NCBI GenBank assembly: GCA_004022145.1
Contig: RCNU01000006.1
Source: Paecilomyces variotii
Lineage: Eukaryota
Length of the DNA stretch: 64,000 bases
Strand: one strand, 5' to 3'
The notes below the pieces were generated by a model, which saw nothing but the letters and a program-made list of their open reading frames with translations, searched no databases and was not told the origin of the DNA. Positions 28,065 through 40,918 of this stretch are shown here, one piece after another. Positions within the stretch are counted from its first letter, which is position 1; each line of letters begins with the position of its first letter. The translations under genes were made by a program, and so were the position numbers.

Positions 28065-30855
28065 AGGCAACACGGGTTCAGACTTGGCCAAAAGGCCGTC
28101 TGAGAACGCCCCCGCGAACCGTGACTCTTCAGGGTCTGAGAAATCCAATGACTCGTCAATGACCAGAGGAGTCTGGAATTCTGGATCGAACTATATAGCA
28201 AGACAATGATTAGCTGTATTTTTATATGCTGGCGAGAAGAGCCAACGGCTTTTCTGATTCCTGTCGGATCCATTGGAGTTCCCCTGAATCGAACACCCTC
28301 GCAAGAAAGAGCAGTAGAATGGTTCTCTCTTACCAGAACACCTTGCGTCTTTGAGTACGCCACCTTGAATAGCGTTGCAGTAATTGCAACGAGCGATTAA
28401 ATCGACAAGCGAATGACTGCGAACTCAAATATTCAACTACCGTGTCTACGGAAAGACACAATGGCTTCCCGAGACAGAAACGAGCGACGACACGTAGTTG
28501 CCACAGGACTTCAACGAAAAAGTAGAAACCAGAGCTCCGGATATTGTTGGATGTAGACGAGGCTAGATCCACTGTCGAAGGGCTTCATGTAAAGATTATC
28601 AGCATCAGAGAAGCGAAAGAAACGAGGAACACGCCCAAAGAGGCGATCGTCCAGTACCAGGCAATCTTCTCAATATGTGAGAAGAGATGTTTTGCTTGTT
28701 TTGCTCTCTGGTCCACTAATTGCAGCGAGTTTCGGAAAGCGGATGTAGGTTAAGCACCAGTAACGAAAGTGAATGGGGGTATATGTCGTGGTCAAATTGT
28801 CCACTGGTTGTGTACGGCGATATCAGCCCCATTCGTTCGGCCGACTGCATAAAGTAGAAAGTAGCACTTACCAAGTAGATACCAAGAGGCAGAGCCGAGA
28901 AAGCAACAGTTCTGAGAGAAAGACGAAGAAGGGAAATAACTGAAGGTAGGAAGATCCTGAACAGTAGAGTCAGTTATCCTGGACAATTCATGCCGTGCAC
29001 GACCATCCCACGAGTGCCTGCAAGATAAAGGAAGGTATCGCATGGCTGCTGTGCTGTGACGGGCGGGGATAGCCTTTTCGGGAAGCAAGGAGGGCCCATC
29101 AAGGATCGTGAATAACAACGCAAGGTACAGGGAGAAATAGGCAACCGGGAGAGAAAGGAGGTCTGTACTAACCTAAGCGGAGCTATTCAGAATCCCAGAG
29201 GACCCGTACTCTTCCAAAACGTTCAAATCCGTCTCCTGCTCTCTCCTACCCAAAGAGGATGCCTCCGAAACAAGAAGAGCTGGGATTTCCAAAAATCTGA
29301 CCCTCAGCCAAAGCAAAATACAAGGTTTACAAGCTCAAATCCGCCTGTAAATGAATACCAGATGCTTCCTCCGTAAAGATATTGGCGTCGAATTTGGCCC
29401 AAGACGATGGCGGGCTAGGCCAGATGGGAGCAGCTCGATGGGCACAACGCTGAACCAGATCCCACGTCTGTTCTGTCCACGACGACAATAACAAACGGCC
29501 AATCTGAACAGGATTCTACAACAGGAACGTTCTCGACACAGCAAACGGGTGGTTCGGGATGAGGCGTTGAAAGACGGCTATTAACCTCTCGGATTCCGTC
29601 TTGTAGATCCTCTCTCGGGTCCTTGTAGATTTCCCCAGAGGCAAGACCGCAACGAATGTCGTCCCAGGATCAACCAAAAATGATATGCAAGATAAATTAG
29701 CGATTAATCTCTCCTTTCCGTTCTCCGGTCTCTCTCTCTCTCTCTTTCCGTGGTCCCCAGCAGTCAAAGTAGCGAACGTGATGTGATGCAGCCCCAAGCG
29801 AGTGGAGGAGCGAGTGTAAGTGGAAGCGGAAGAAAGAAGGAAAACTTCACGACGTCATCCAAGATACTGATGGGAAGGAAGCAGAAGAAGGGGGAGAAAT
29901 GAAGCGAGTTAAGAATAGGACGAGGAGGACAATAATAATGTTTTGTTCCCTTGCACTAGGGCCGACGGAGGATGTGCTCGTAGCAGACCACTAGTGACAG
30001 CAGTGGCGGGGGATGCACGCAGCACGAGAGCACCGGCGTCGAGTGACTAGGAGCGACAGGGCTCAGTAGGCTGCTCGTCGAGAGTATTAGGCAGTGGGAG
30101 ATCCTCCTCACGCAGCCGGAGCAGAGAGAACAGAACACGCTCACTACTGCCCATGCCAGCAACCATCCTATCCATGGGCAGGGTGGATGCGCTCACCGTC
30201 CATCGACTCCATCGGTATCCGGGAGACCCTGTCGGGTCCCATCCAGAGCCAAACAGAACTGCTACGCATCTCACGGCCGTTGGGAGGGGGGAGAAAGCAG
30301 GGGCCAAGCAGACGAAGAGCAAAGAATAGCAATCGAACAGCCGGAAGGGCGCCATCTGGTCGCCAGCGCTTCTCCTGAGTGGGTAAGAGGATGGGGTGGT
30401 GCGGAACGGCGTCGAAGCTCTTCAGGCTGACGGAGTTTGTGTCAGTCGGTTTGGTTGGAAGCTCTTCCAGCACCGCCTCGTTTCTCCCATCGCCAGATGG
30501 GTCATCCCTCGGTGCAGAGGCTTCGCTTCGGTCCAGGGATGTGCTTGACTGCTGAGCCTGACCCTACGGGAAGATTCCCTTGGCAGATACTAACATAGCT
30601 CCCCGGATCCAAAGATCCCATCGTTCGCGATCTTTGCCCTCCTGGGTTTGGTGCCACCCGTAGTCGTGGCTTCAGAGAGAAAAGAGAGGAGCCCGCCCAG
30701 GAGATGGGGACTGTATTACTATTATTCTAAGGAAAAGTAGGTCTATTTCCTTTTTCCCGCATCGTGGGTGATTATCGCTAACACCATCTCAGCTAACTAC
30801 CTACTTAACCGAGAGACCACTACATGACTCCTCTCTGACGGCCGTAGCCCATCGC

Positions 30856-30880
30856 TAATAATAATAATAATAATAATAAT
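30856..30880. repeat. (TAA)8 microsatellite
   Basis: Read directly. Confidence 0.85.
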
Positions 30881-33800
30881 GAGGGACTAGTTATAGTTAC
30901 TCGACAGAAAAAGGGTCCTCTTTCGCTCTCGAGCTCTCTCCAGCGTCCAACTCCGCATCCCAAACACCGGCGGAGGTCCTCCACCGACGGCGTGGATACG
31001 TTCAAATGGTGTCGCCGGCTCAATGTCATACCGTGTGGCGGCCTCTGGTGGTTGGACGAAAGGAGGGGGCTATCTGATCGGACAACTGTAGGACAATGGA
31101 GACGCCCTCTTACTGCTCAGCTGCCTCAGCATGACCCTTGGCAAGGTTGGCAGTGGACAACACGGAGAAAGGACGATAGTGATGATGATGGCTTGCTCTA
31201 AACATAGCAACATGCAAGGGCCGGGGCGTCTGGTTTGGGAATAGGCTGAGATGGGGCCCATCGTTCGCTACTTTAGAGTCCTCCAGCCCTGACAGGACTT
31301 TGCTCCAGTTAGACCCGTTTAGAAGCCTTCTGGCGTCTCGCTTCCATTGGACAGGATGACCGCAAATCAAAAAGCAGAACGAGACTCGACAGCAAACAGT
31401 CAGCGTCGCACAGGAGATCATTGCGACGGTGTAAGAAGATGGGCATCTCACTGGGCAAGGCCGCCACAGATCCCAGGGAGCCGGCGAACACCCTAACCAA
31501 AGCCTTGAACACGTTGGAACCGCGGTTAAGCGTCTGCCTTTGGACGGTTGACAGCTCAGGCTGTGGCTCAGGGAAAACCCCCACTCAGGAAACGCATTCC
31601 GTGGCATCCCTATACGGATGACGGAACATGATCCATCGCACAATGAAAATAATCCATCATTGTCGCTCCGTCTCGTAACTAGATATGATAGAATCACGCC
31701 AAGTGACGGAAGGCCATCCCCCGGCCAGCCTATCCTACCTTTACTGTCAGACGGAACAGCTGGCAGCCGGAATCGCTGCTGAAGCTAGGATGTCCGGTCA
31801 AAATAATTACGCCTAAGGCCATAGGATAACTAACTCCTTCCACGCAGTTAATAATCATCTGCGAGACGATTAACCGCTAGTTATAGCACACGGAGCATTC
31901 CCACCTATCGGGATTCGATACCGGTCCGAGATGCATTATCATAATACTCGTGCTTTCTTGTTTGCATTCTCTATGATCGCTTAGCCAAAATACGCATAGA
32001 AAGGCTGATGACCCGATGGTCATTTCTACTTCTGCCTCAGGCCTCGAACCATTGCATCTTACGATCTTCAGGGTACGGTTCAATGGAAGGCACCAGGGCA
32101 CGGTCCGATCTAAATAGAACCTTAAAAGTTCATTCTTCAAAGTTCACCGTGTATCAACCTTGCGATGTTTTCGTGGATGAGCAAGGGGGGTTTCTTTGGC
32201 GGGCAGGGAATGGAAAGCCAGGAAACGAGACCACAGAGGTGGGAGAACACTTCCTCGCTCCTCATTCTGCTGGAGACTCGAAGAGGTACTATTGCAAAGA
32301 AGGAAAGCAAGGGAGAATCGCACGGCAACTCATCAAGGAACAAACTCCCTCGATCAAAAGCACCTTCCAGGGTGCTCCACTGAACTTCCTAAGTCTGATA
32401 TCCCTGTCTTTATGATCCAGGGAGATTTCTGATTATTACAGAAGCCTATATTATTATCATTATTATTGCTGTCCGGCTTTGTTGCAAACACACTTCCCGT
32501 GGCCTGTGGCGCGCGGAGCCTTCTCCAGCCCACTAATGCCGGGATCCCGATATAGCACAGACGCTGCCGCCACGACTCACCTGCAGCCTGCAGATGCCAG
32601 ATGCCCTCTGGCTATGCCTTATGCCTTAGCGATCGACTGGCTCACCAGGAACGCCTGAACTGGCACAGCTGGACGCTGTGCGCCAACTGCATCAGACGTC
32701 CATCGACGTTGCAACGTCGCTGCTGTTACCCTGGCATTCCCCAGAATCCGACCCTATGTCCTTAGTTTAGAGTCTTCCATGGCGTGCACCGACAGCTGGC
32801 GCTACTCCCAACCTGCCACGGTGAATGTTATTGTCGCTTGTGCATACGCCATGCTTACCTCTCTGAAGAGATTGAGCAAACTCCGTCATGGGATGCTTCC
32901 GGCTCACTAGAGAGAGCTTACAGAATTAGTCTATCTATAGAGCTTCCCTCGTGTCTGCAATATTTCGAGGCTCTCGAGGTCAGGTGGCCCTCTTGAAATT
33001 CGAATTCCTTATCTGTACGGCGTACGGAGTAACTGCAGGACAAATACATTAGTCCCGCAGCCTGATTCGCCCGTGGGACGATTCGAGTATCATTCGTTCT
33101 CCGTATATCTCATACACGGAGTTCTATTCATAGCACGAGTTGTTCTATTCTTTCTTGCCTTTGCTGTTGGATAATTATCGCTGCTCAGCTTCAGCTGCTG
33201 TACTCTTCTGCCTGAGGGCAGTATTGTCGGTTCCCCACAGTGCCACCAAGCCGGCTCCTCGAAGGTGCTTGCAGATCAAAGTAATAGGCGGCTGCTACGC
33301 CAGAAGCCAAGAGAAGCTTTTATCGACAAACTCGTGCTAACGCTCTAACGCTCAAGGCTTGTTAGAGACGGCTCCATAGCCACTTGAGTCAATAGTCTGT
33401 CGACCATTCTGTGTCTATAACTATCGCACGGGGTATACGCGCCATAAATGACAAGCTTACTATCTTTGCAGCTATAAAAGGAGATAGTTGGCTGTTGGAG
33501 ATATGTCGACAAGAAAGGTGGGAGAAACCTCCACCTTGGATGAGTGTGGACGTCGAAAGATCACAATTTCTGGATTCTGTTCCTTGATGATATCCTTAGG
33601 TGACCATGGCAAGGCAATCCTTTCACACAATAGACAAAGAATTCTTCCGTGATTGAGAATTGTTATTCCAGTGGCCCACGAAGACCCCCTTTCGAACATC
33701 AAAAAAAAGATTTGGCGACCGGGATGTTCCGTCCGGGGATGATTTCCTCCGTCCGTGCAACTTCTGGATTTCATTATTAGGTCGACGATCAACATTGACG

Positions 33801-36800
33801 CCTATCCGTCAATTCAGATCATCGTTCTTGGAGGCCCAAAAATGAAACCATTTAAAGGCCCATCTGAGTGGACTTCGGTCGTAAGTACTCTCCATTGTTA
33901 TTTACTCTATTATTGAGTCCAAATCCGGACTATTACTAGCGACCAACAGCTGCGAACTACTACCACATAAAGTTAACAATAATGGCCGGGGCCCAAAGTA
34001 AAGCTTCCGCCACAGATTATGTCGGAGCTCAACAATACTCGAAGAACAAAAGGGGTGAGCGGCAGACGCGACGTGGCTTGGCAATGGCATCGTTCATGTC
34101 AGAATTCCAGTAGTCACTTATCGTTTAACTTAAAACGAGGCGCAACACGGGTGAACAGGACACGATGCGATCTTACGACCCTACCTTAACTGGATATAGC
34201 TTGACCTACCAGAAATCTGCCGTAGGCAAACCTGCCATCTTTTTCCAGAACAACGAATGGATTCTTCTTCGCTTCAACCGTCCGTTAGGGCTGTCCGGCA
34301 TTCGTTGCAGCTCGCCCATGCCCGCTTTCCTGGTCAGACAATCAGACCGACGATCTCAGGCTTGCTCCCGAACCTTAAAAAAAACAGTATAGCGTCCTTG
34401 TCGCTAACTACTCCGTAGTTAGCTATCAGTGCTGTACTCCGTATTCTACGCAATGCACCTTTGGGGAGTCCAAGAGAAAATTTCCTCGTGAAATCTACCA
34501 GAACAACTCCCAGATAATAATACGTCAGCAAGTCCCCGTGAAGACAAAATCTCCAGCACATGTGTTGACAGACTAATTCGGTGATACCCCAGGAAAACAG
34601 TTCTACTAAACCATATTAGGTATTAGACATGATGCAAGCCCGCGGGTGAGGTACTCTCAATTATTGCATCCATGAGACCAGCTATCTAATGATAATTGGC
34701 TGTAGACCGGCTGTTGGTTTTGATATACCTATGTGACGAGACGGTTTGAGTTTACTCGAGTGACGCAGGTCGTTTCCTGGCCAATATCTGAGGAGTAGCT
34801 ATTATCTACCATAGCGGCCCGAACTGCACGTTATATTGAACAGGTTTCAGTCGATCTCGGCACGAAGCCTGTGGTGTCAAACTCTCAACCTCGCGGACCT
34901 GATAAGGCTTGCATGATCGCACGAGGGGCCTATGAATGATCAGTATCCCCTCGCTGGCCCATCTGCTCAACTCGAAGGTTCAGCCTTCACCCAAGGATAA
35001 CGACGCGTGATGAGAGGGCAGAGATCAACCACTTGTGGCGTCCGCCGTTCTCCTGCCTAGATACCTGTTCTGGCTGTGATATCTCTCCCTATGGCTACAG
35101 CTGCTAATTATAAAAAGTACATGCTGATCCACTTTGATTCAGGCTTTCTCCAACATCACGACAACGTTGCACTCTGAAATAAAAAATCTGTCGGCGCAAA
35201 CCCAAAAGCTGAACGGCGTCACTACATGATCGGCCGAACCGTTCAACAGACCGCCTCTCTCTGAATTGCGGTCAGGACTAGCTGTCGAGTCGGGAACCCT
35301 GACTGTAGTGCGCTATTCACTCAAGGGTAGCTTTGCCAATTGATCTAACTATATTAACTATACCCATCGATCTTGGTATTGTTTCTACCTTTGTGCACTG
35401 TAAGTCTGTCATGGCAGACGTCGCTGTCAGATTCCGACTGCGCTCATGCTTCTGACGAAAGCGAGATCTTGGCTCGGATGATTATCATTTTCTCATTAAT
35501 GACGGCTTCAATTGCCACCTCATGAGTGAGAAAGGGAACCAGGAGGATAATCTATGTGATTTCATGATTGACTATCCTGACCGCTTCTTCCAGGGACGAA
35601 GATTTTCACATCCGAGAAGGTGGAGATAGGTAAGCGCCTCGGTCAAGGTATCATACCATCTTCGCCTTGATCTCATATTCTACTCTCCAACATCGCCGCT
35701 CATGCGTATTGGCGTGATCGAGAAAACACCGAGACTTCTACATATAGAAAGCAAGATTCAGGATGTCTACAAGTCCCGACTATTAATAATATTTACTTGC
35801 TATTCGATTGCCCAGAGAGAGAACCACGGTACAAAACCGATTCCAATCTCTCCGCCCGGATGAAAGACCATGGAACGCGTTCTTTCGTCCTCCACAGAAG
35901 GGATACGATGATACATTGATTATCCCCCAGGAATGCCTGCTTTCGATCAATGCCATCGTCGTCTCTGAGTCTCCAGCTTCCTCTTTTAATGCCAAGGCAT
36001 TAAGTATTAGCTAATAAGCAAACTTGGCATCCCACCGTGGAATGGCGTTTCCGATGTTTGAAGCTCCCATTTTCGGCCTTCGCCGTCGGCTTATCCGTCA
36101 TCATTTCCTATCCAGGGCATTGTACAGTACAACAGTTAATAATAATGGGTCTCCGTGAAACTGTTTTCTTCAGCCCTTTCAACGGCCGAGCATTTAAACG
36201 GTTCATCCCATCCCCACATTAAGTACCGTCGGGTCAACCGTCAAACTGAGTAAATTGTTCAGCTCTCCTCGAGTCGATTAATAATAAAAATAAATTGCAT
36301 AACTAACTAACAGATAAACTATAATCCCACCACGACCCGAAAAAGACCGGTTAGTTATTTACTAGAGAAAAAAACAAAAGGACATATCATTCGTTTCGAA
36401 AAGTCTCAGTTCTAAACCCGGAGCTTTTTAGCCTCGGAGCTCCGACCTTGACTCTGGAGACATTTCCAAAGATAGTATATGCTGCTAAATTTAAAAAAAG
36501 GTTCCTATGGTATAGATTTGGCCTGTCTTCCCAGTTAGTCTAGTTCAACCCGGCAAACTTTAAATTTCTTTTTTTTACCCTTTCCTTTTTCCTTCATTGT
36601 CCCGAATCCCGCGTTTTGCAAATGCAATAATAATAATGCGCGGTTACACTACTAGTTAGCTTTTTCTCTCTCTTCCTATTTTTTATACGAGAACTACGAG
36701 AAATAATAATAACTTGATATAATTGGTCAATTAATATACCTCTATCATCATCTACTTAGTGGAGCGGACAAGGATGTTTTATAATTAGCCAAACTCGATA

Positions 36801-38559
36801 TTCGCCCTTAACTAACTGTGGGAAAACATCCGGTTGTTGTTTATAACTTTTTTTTTTGTTCTCTTTCTCTGTCCTTTTTTTATCTTCTTTTTTGACTTCC
36901 GTCTGTGCGGTTTTTCGCGGATCCCGCGCAAGAGTAAATAGCCGAGGTAAACTGTAATAATAATAATAATTTATCTTCGGAATGCATTATTCTTTACGAA
37001 GGTTATAAGCTAAATTCTAAGCGAGGTGGGTGAGCGGGCAAAGTAAGATCGGTCATTATTCTTTTCATGTGCTTGCTTTGCCTTGAACAGGTGTAGTGGG
37101 GGTGTACTGTGTTCTCTGCGGCTATTCGCGGGGAAGGCAATATAACGTAGGGAAGATACTATTACATGCACAAAATGGACATAGGATTAAGTAGTCGGTT
37201 ATACGGTATATGTTAGACGTGCTTTCTTGAATTGTATTCATAGAAGAAAACTGGGGATGAGTTAGATTATGTAAAGTATTAGATATCCAGGACATTCATC
37301 TAGTGATTGTAGAAATGAGACTTCTCGGGGGTGTACATATAGAAAGAAAAAAAAAAGTACGACACCAGTACGACACATAACAGCTACTACTACTTTACCT
37401 GGAGATTCAGATTCCGAGAACAGGCTATAACCCTCGTAATTGCTAGATATTGTTGCGTTATATTGTCTCCCTTTTATCTGTTACCATTGACTTATTCCGC
37501 TGTTAATATATTCGATACAAATTCGAGCCTACACTTTTCTACTAACTAACTAGTTTTTACACTGAACCCGAGGACCTGGCGAGTAAAACTTAGAGATTTC
37601 GATTTGGATAATAGGATGATATTCTTCCACTGATAGGTCAATAGTCTTTCGTAGTATCTGGAGTTCGATTAAGTTCTGTGTATATGGTATATGGAAAGCA
37701 AGCATAGTTAAACAACAAGCTACGACCACTTTCCACGAGCTCATGAGAGCAGGATAGAATATATATCATTTTCGTAAGCACTAGAGGTCGTCATCCGGGG
37801 AGACTGGGTTAATGCGTTACTGTTTATATTAAAAAGAAGACCTCGCCAGTAGCCATGAATTTTCTCTATCAATGAACGAACCCGTGAGAGGAGCGGCTAG
37901 ATAGAGTCGTCGTTAACGACAGATCTCATATATTAAAATCTAGAAGTAGAATGGCGCTGACATTCAAAATAGCAGCTGTAGTGTCGCTTTGTGGTTTTTC
38001 TGGCATAGCGATCGAAGGGATTCATGCTTTTCTTCTTGACTTGTTCATTGCTATGATGGAGGTGATCGAAGACAAGAGACTTGTCTTCAGTAAGCTCTTA
38101 CCCATTAATTGTGTCTAGTCAAACAAACTCCTCTTCCTGACTATGGTTTTCGCATTGTGTATAATCTTTTATAGGCTTATTGGTTTGTTCTCTTCGTTGC
38201 AGTCCGACAACAGAGAACCAACATAGGTACCTATAGAAGGTAAAAATTAGCATGATTGATATCCGAATAATGACAGTTCTATTTATCTAGTTGCCAGGCG
38301 ATGACTGAGTATAGCTTCTTCCTGTCACTCCTCCGATTCATATGCAAGGATAAGGGCTACAAGCGTGGTCGATAAATCTATATAACAGTAAACTGTAGCG
38401 TCAACGATTGGTATATTCCTAATGATAACTCGACTAGACTAATAACCACCTCAAAGCATGTATGTGCACCTAACCTCAAAATCAGAAACCTGTACAATGC
38501 AGATTATCCCTTACCCCAGGGATGTATCAAAGCATATCAGTTCAGCCTCCGACCCACGA

Positions 38560-39323
38560 CTACCCTTCCTGCGCAATCTCATCAACACCTCTCTCATAGC
38601 AGACGAGGAATAACTTTGCCCAGAACTCATACATCCGAGGCTTGTTCTCCTTTTCCGATACTAGCCATTCTGCGAATGCCTTTTCGGTTCTGCGTGGGTC
38701 AGCGCTTCGAAAGTCAACCACCTGTATTGAGATAACATGCATTATTAGCAAATATACTTTTCGGATACACCGCCGGTTCCAGTCAGGTCTCTCTTGTATG
38801 AATTCGGAATTGCTTACCTGCGGATATTTCCCTAGTGCTTCCCAGTATCGTGTATGGAGGCCTAATTTCGTTCTCAACGTCGCCTTGTCGATCCTTCTTG
38901 CAGCGATGAGATACGCTCTGGAGGCGAGCTCTATATCAGTCTCCTCTCTCCACGGTATAGTCCTCCCCAACCGTTCGTAGACGACTTCAATGAGTCTTGT
39001 AAGGATATCCGCCTGCCACGTTATCAGGCGGTCATGCTGAAAGCATAGTAGATGCGTCCGTAGAGTCGAGATCTCATCGCGGAGGGTGCCCGTGTTGATG
39101 CGCAGCTTGGCCATCTTGTTTTCAAGATGATAATTGGTAGTGTGGAGAGCATCAACGGCGACATCATGATCCTGTTTATATTATGTGAGATGATTATGCG
39201 CTTAGTATTTGATGGCGGATTGTGTTCCTGGTTCTTGGAAGGATTACATACGTGGAGTGCTGTTTGGACTGTCAGAGTGTATGCATTCGGTGAATATAGC
39301 GCAGGGGCTGCAAGCAGACCCAT
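38560..39323 (-). CDS. Fungal hypothetical protein; exons 39323-39252, 39171-38818, 38721-38560
   Basis: MGLLAAPALYSPNAYTLTVQTALH|DHDVAVDALHTTNYHLENKMAKLR..LITWQADILTRLIE..KYPQ|VVDFRSADP; two canonical introns keep the frame. Confidence 0.75.
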
Positions 39324-39761
39324 GGCGAGAGATATTAGCCAGTCACCGATATTCTTGATAAGGAATGATAGTTTCAGCACGCTGCCAGTGATCTGGAGAA
39401 AGCGTGATAAGATTGTGCAAAGAGTGGGATATGATAATGGCGGATCAACGGCACACGATGATTGTACGATGAGCTTGAAGATCCGGACTGAAGTACGGTA
39501 TTGAAGATATAAGCGAATCTGTGGAAGTAACCATCGACTGAAGCCAACAGAATGGAGGTTATGGTGGCAGGAACGACCCTCCAGAGTCGGCAAACTGAAG
39601 TGACATGAGACGTGAGAAAGGTCTAGTAATTTCGCATTCAATCCATTTCTGTATATATTTGGCGTTGTAAGAACTCTCAGCAATTATTATTCATCACGAA
39701 CATAGATACCCAATGTGCAATGTAAGGACACAGAAATATCGCCAAGCGCGCGAGCGGAGCA

Positions 39762-40918
39762 TTACAGCCTGCTTTCCACACCGGCCTTTCCAAACTCGAT
39801 GACCAGTTTTCCAAACTGCTTTCCATGCTTCATATCTTCGAATAGAGAGTCGAGACCAGCGATATCGTCTAAGCTGGTGTTCAGAACACGCGAAACGATG
39901 GGCTTGATCTTCTGTTGCTTAACGAACTCCACCATATCCTTGAACTCCTTACGAGAGCCCATAGTGGATCCACGGACGTCGATGTTCTTGAGGACTGCCT
40001 GCATCAGGAACGGCATCTTTGGAGAGACCGTCATGCCGTATACGGAGATAACACCACCAGCCTATGCTGGTTAGATGACTTCGTCAGATCAATTCACGGT
40101 TATAGATCGCTTACCTTGAGCAGTTTTGCACCCTTCTCAACTACATCCCCGCCAGCACCGTCAATAATGGCATCGAAGAAAGACTTTCCAGGTGGTAATT
40201 GTGAAAGAAGCTTCTTCTCCCAGCCCTCATCCCTGTAGTTCACACCACCCTTGGCTCCCAGCTCAATTGCTTTCTTGATTTTCTCTTCACTCGAGCTGGT
40301 GACGAAGACACTGGCACCTCGAGCCACAGCAAAACGGAGAACCATCAATGCCACACCGCCACCAATACCAGTGATAAGCACTACAGCACCATTGGCAGAG
40401 TTCCTCTCACCGCACTTTGTGATCAGGGCTCTCCATCCCGTCAGTCCAGTTAACGGCAGGGCGGCGGCTTCCGCATCAGTCAGGTGCTCAGGAGCCTCTT
40501 CCAGCTCACTCTCATCAATAGTAACGTATTCTTGCAAAGTTCCTTTATTATAGAACTTTGTACCACCCATAATCTTGTACCCAGATGGGTCTTCTGGCCC
40601 ATCAAGGCTGTCTTTCCATCCTATGCCAGGATTCAAAATAACCCTCTTGCCCTTCCATTCGCTCTTAGCTCCAGGGCCAGTTGACACGACGATTCCCACA
40701 CCATCTGCACCAAGAGGCACGTCAAAAGTTGCTCCAGGATACAGGTGCTGACGCAGGAAAAGATCTCGGTGATTCAGAGATGCGGCGCTGATCTTAACCA
40801 GCACTTCACGACCCTGCGGGGTCGGTTGCGGCGCCGTGCGCACAACGAGAGGGTAGTAGACCTGGCCAGGCTTCCCCGGCTTGCCATCGACGGAAGTGAT
40901 GAAGAGTGCCTTGGACAT
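39762..40918 (-). CDS. MDR-family (zinc-type ADH/quinone oxidoreductase-like) oxidoreductase; exons 40918-40115, 40061-39762
   Basis: AASLNHRDLF, GADGVG, AAALPLTGLTGWRAL, ITGIGGGVA, GSTMGS, QFGKLVI; ends ESRL. Confidence 0.93.

Noticed and set aside
28083-28104. Minus-strand CGGCCTTTTGGC resembling the U2 snRNA 5' end
   Set aside because: No following branch-pairing GTGTAGTA or Sm site; lies within the medA exon
35580-35660. Kinase-like peptide KVEIGKRLGQG in the medA upstream region
   Set aside because: No downstream kinase motifs can be assembled; probably chance
37391-37404. TACTTTACCTGG resembling the U1 snRNA 5' end
   Set aside because: Does not match ACTTACCTG and no U1 stem-loops follow
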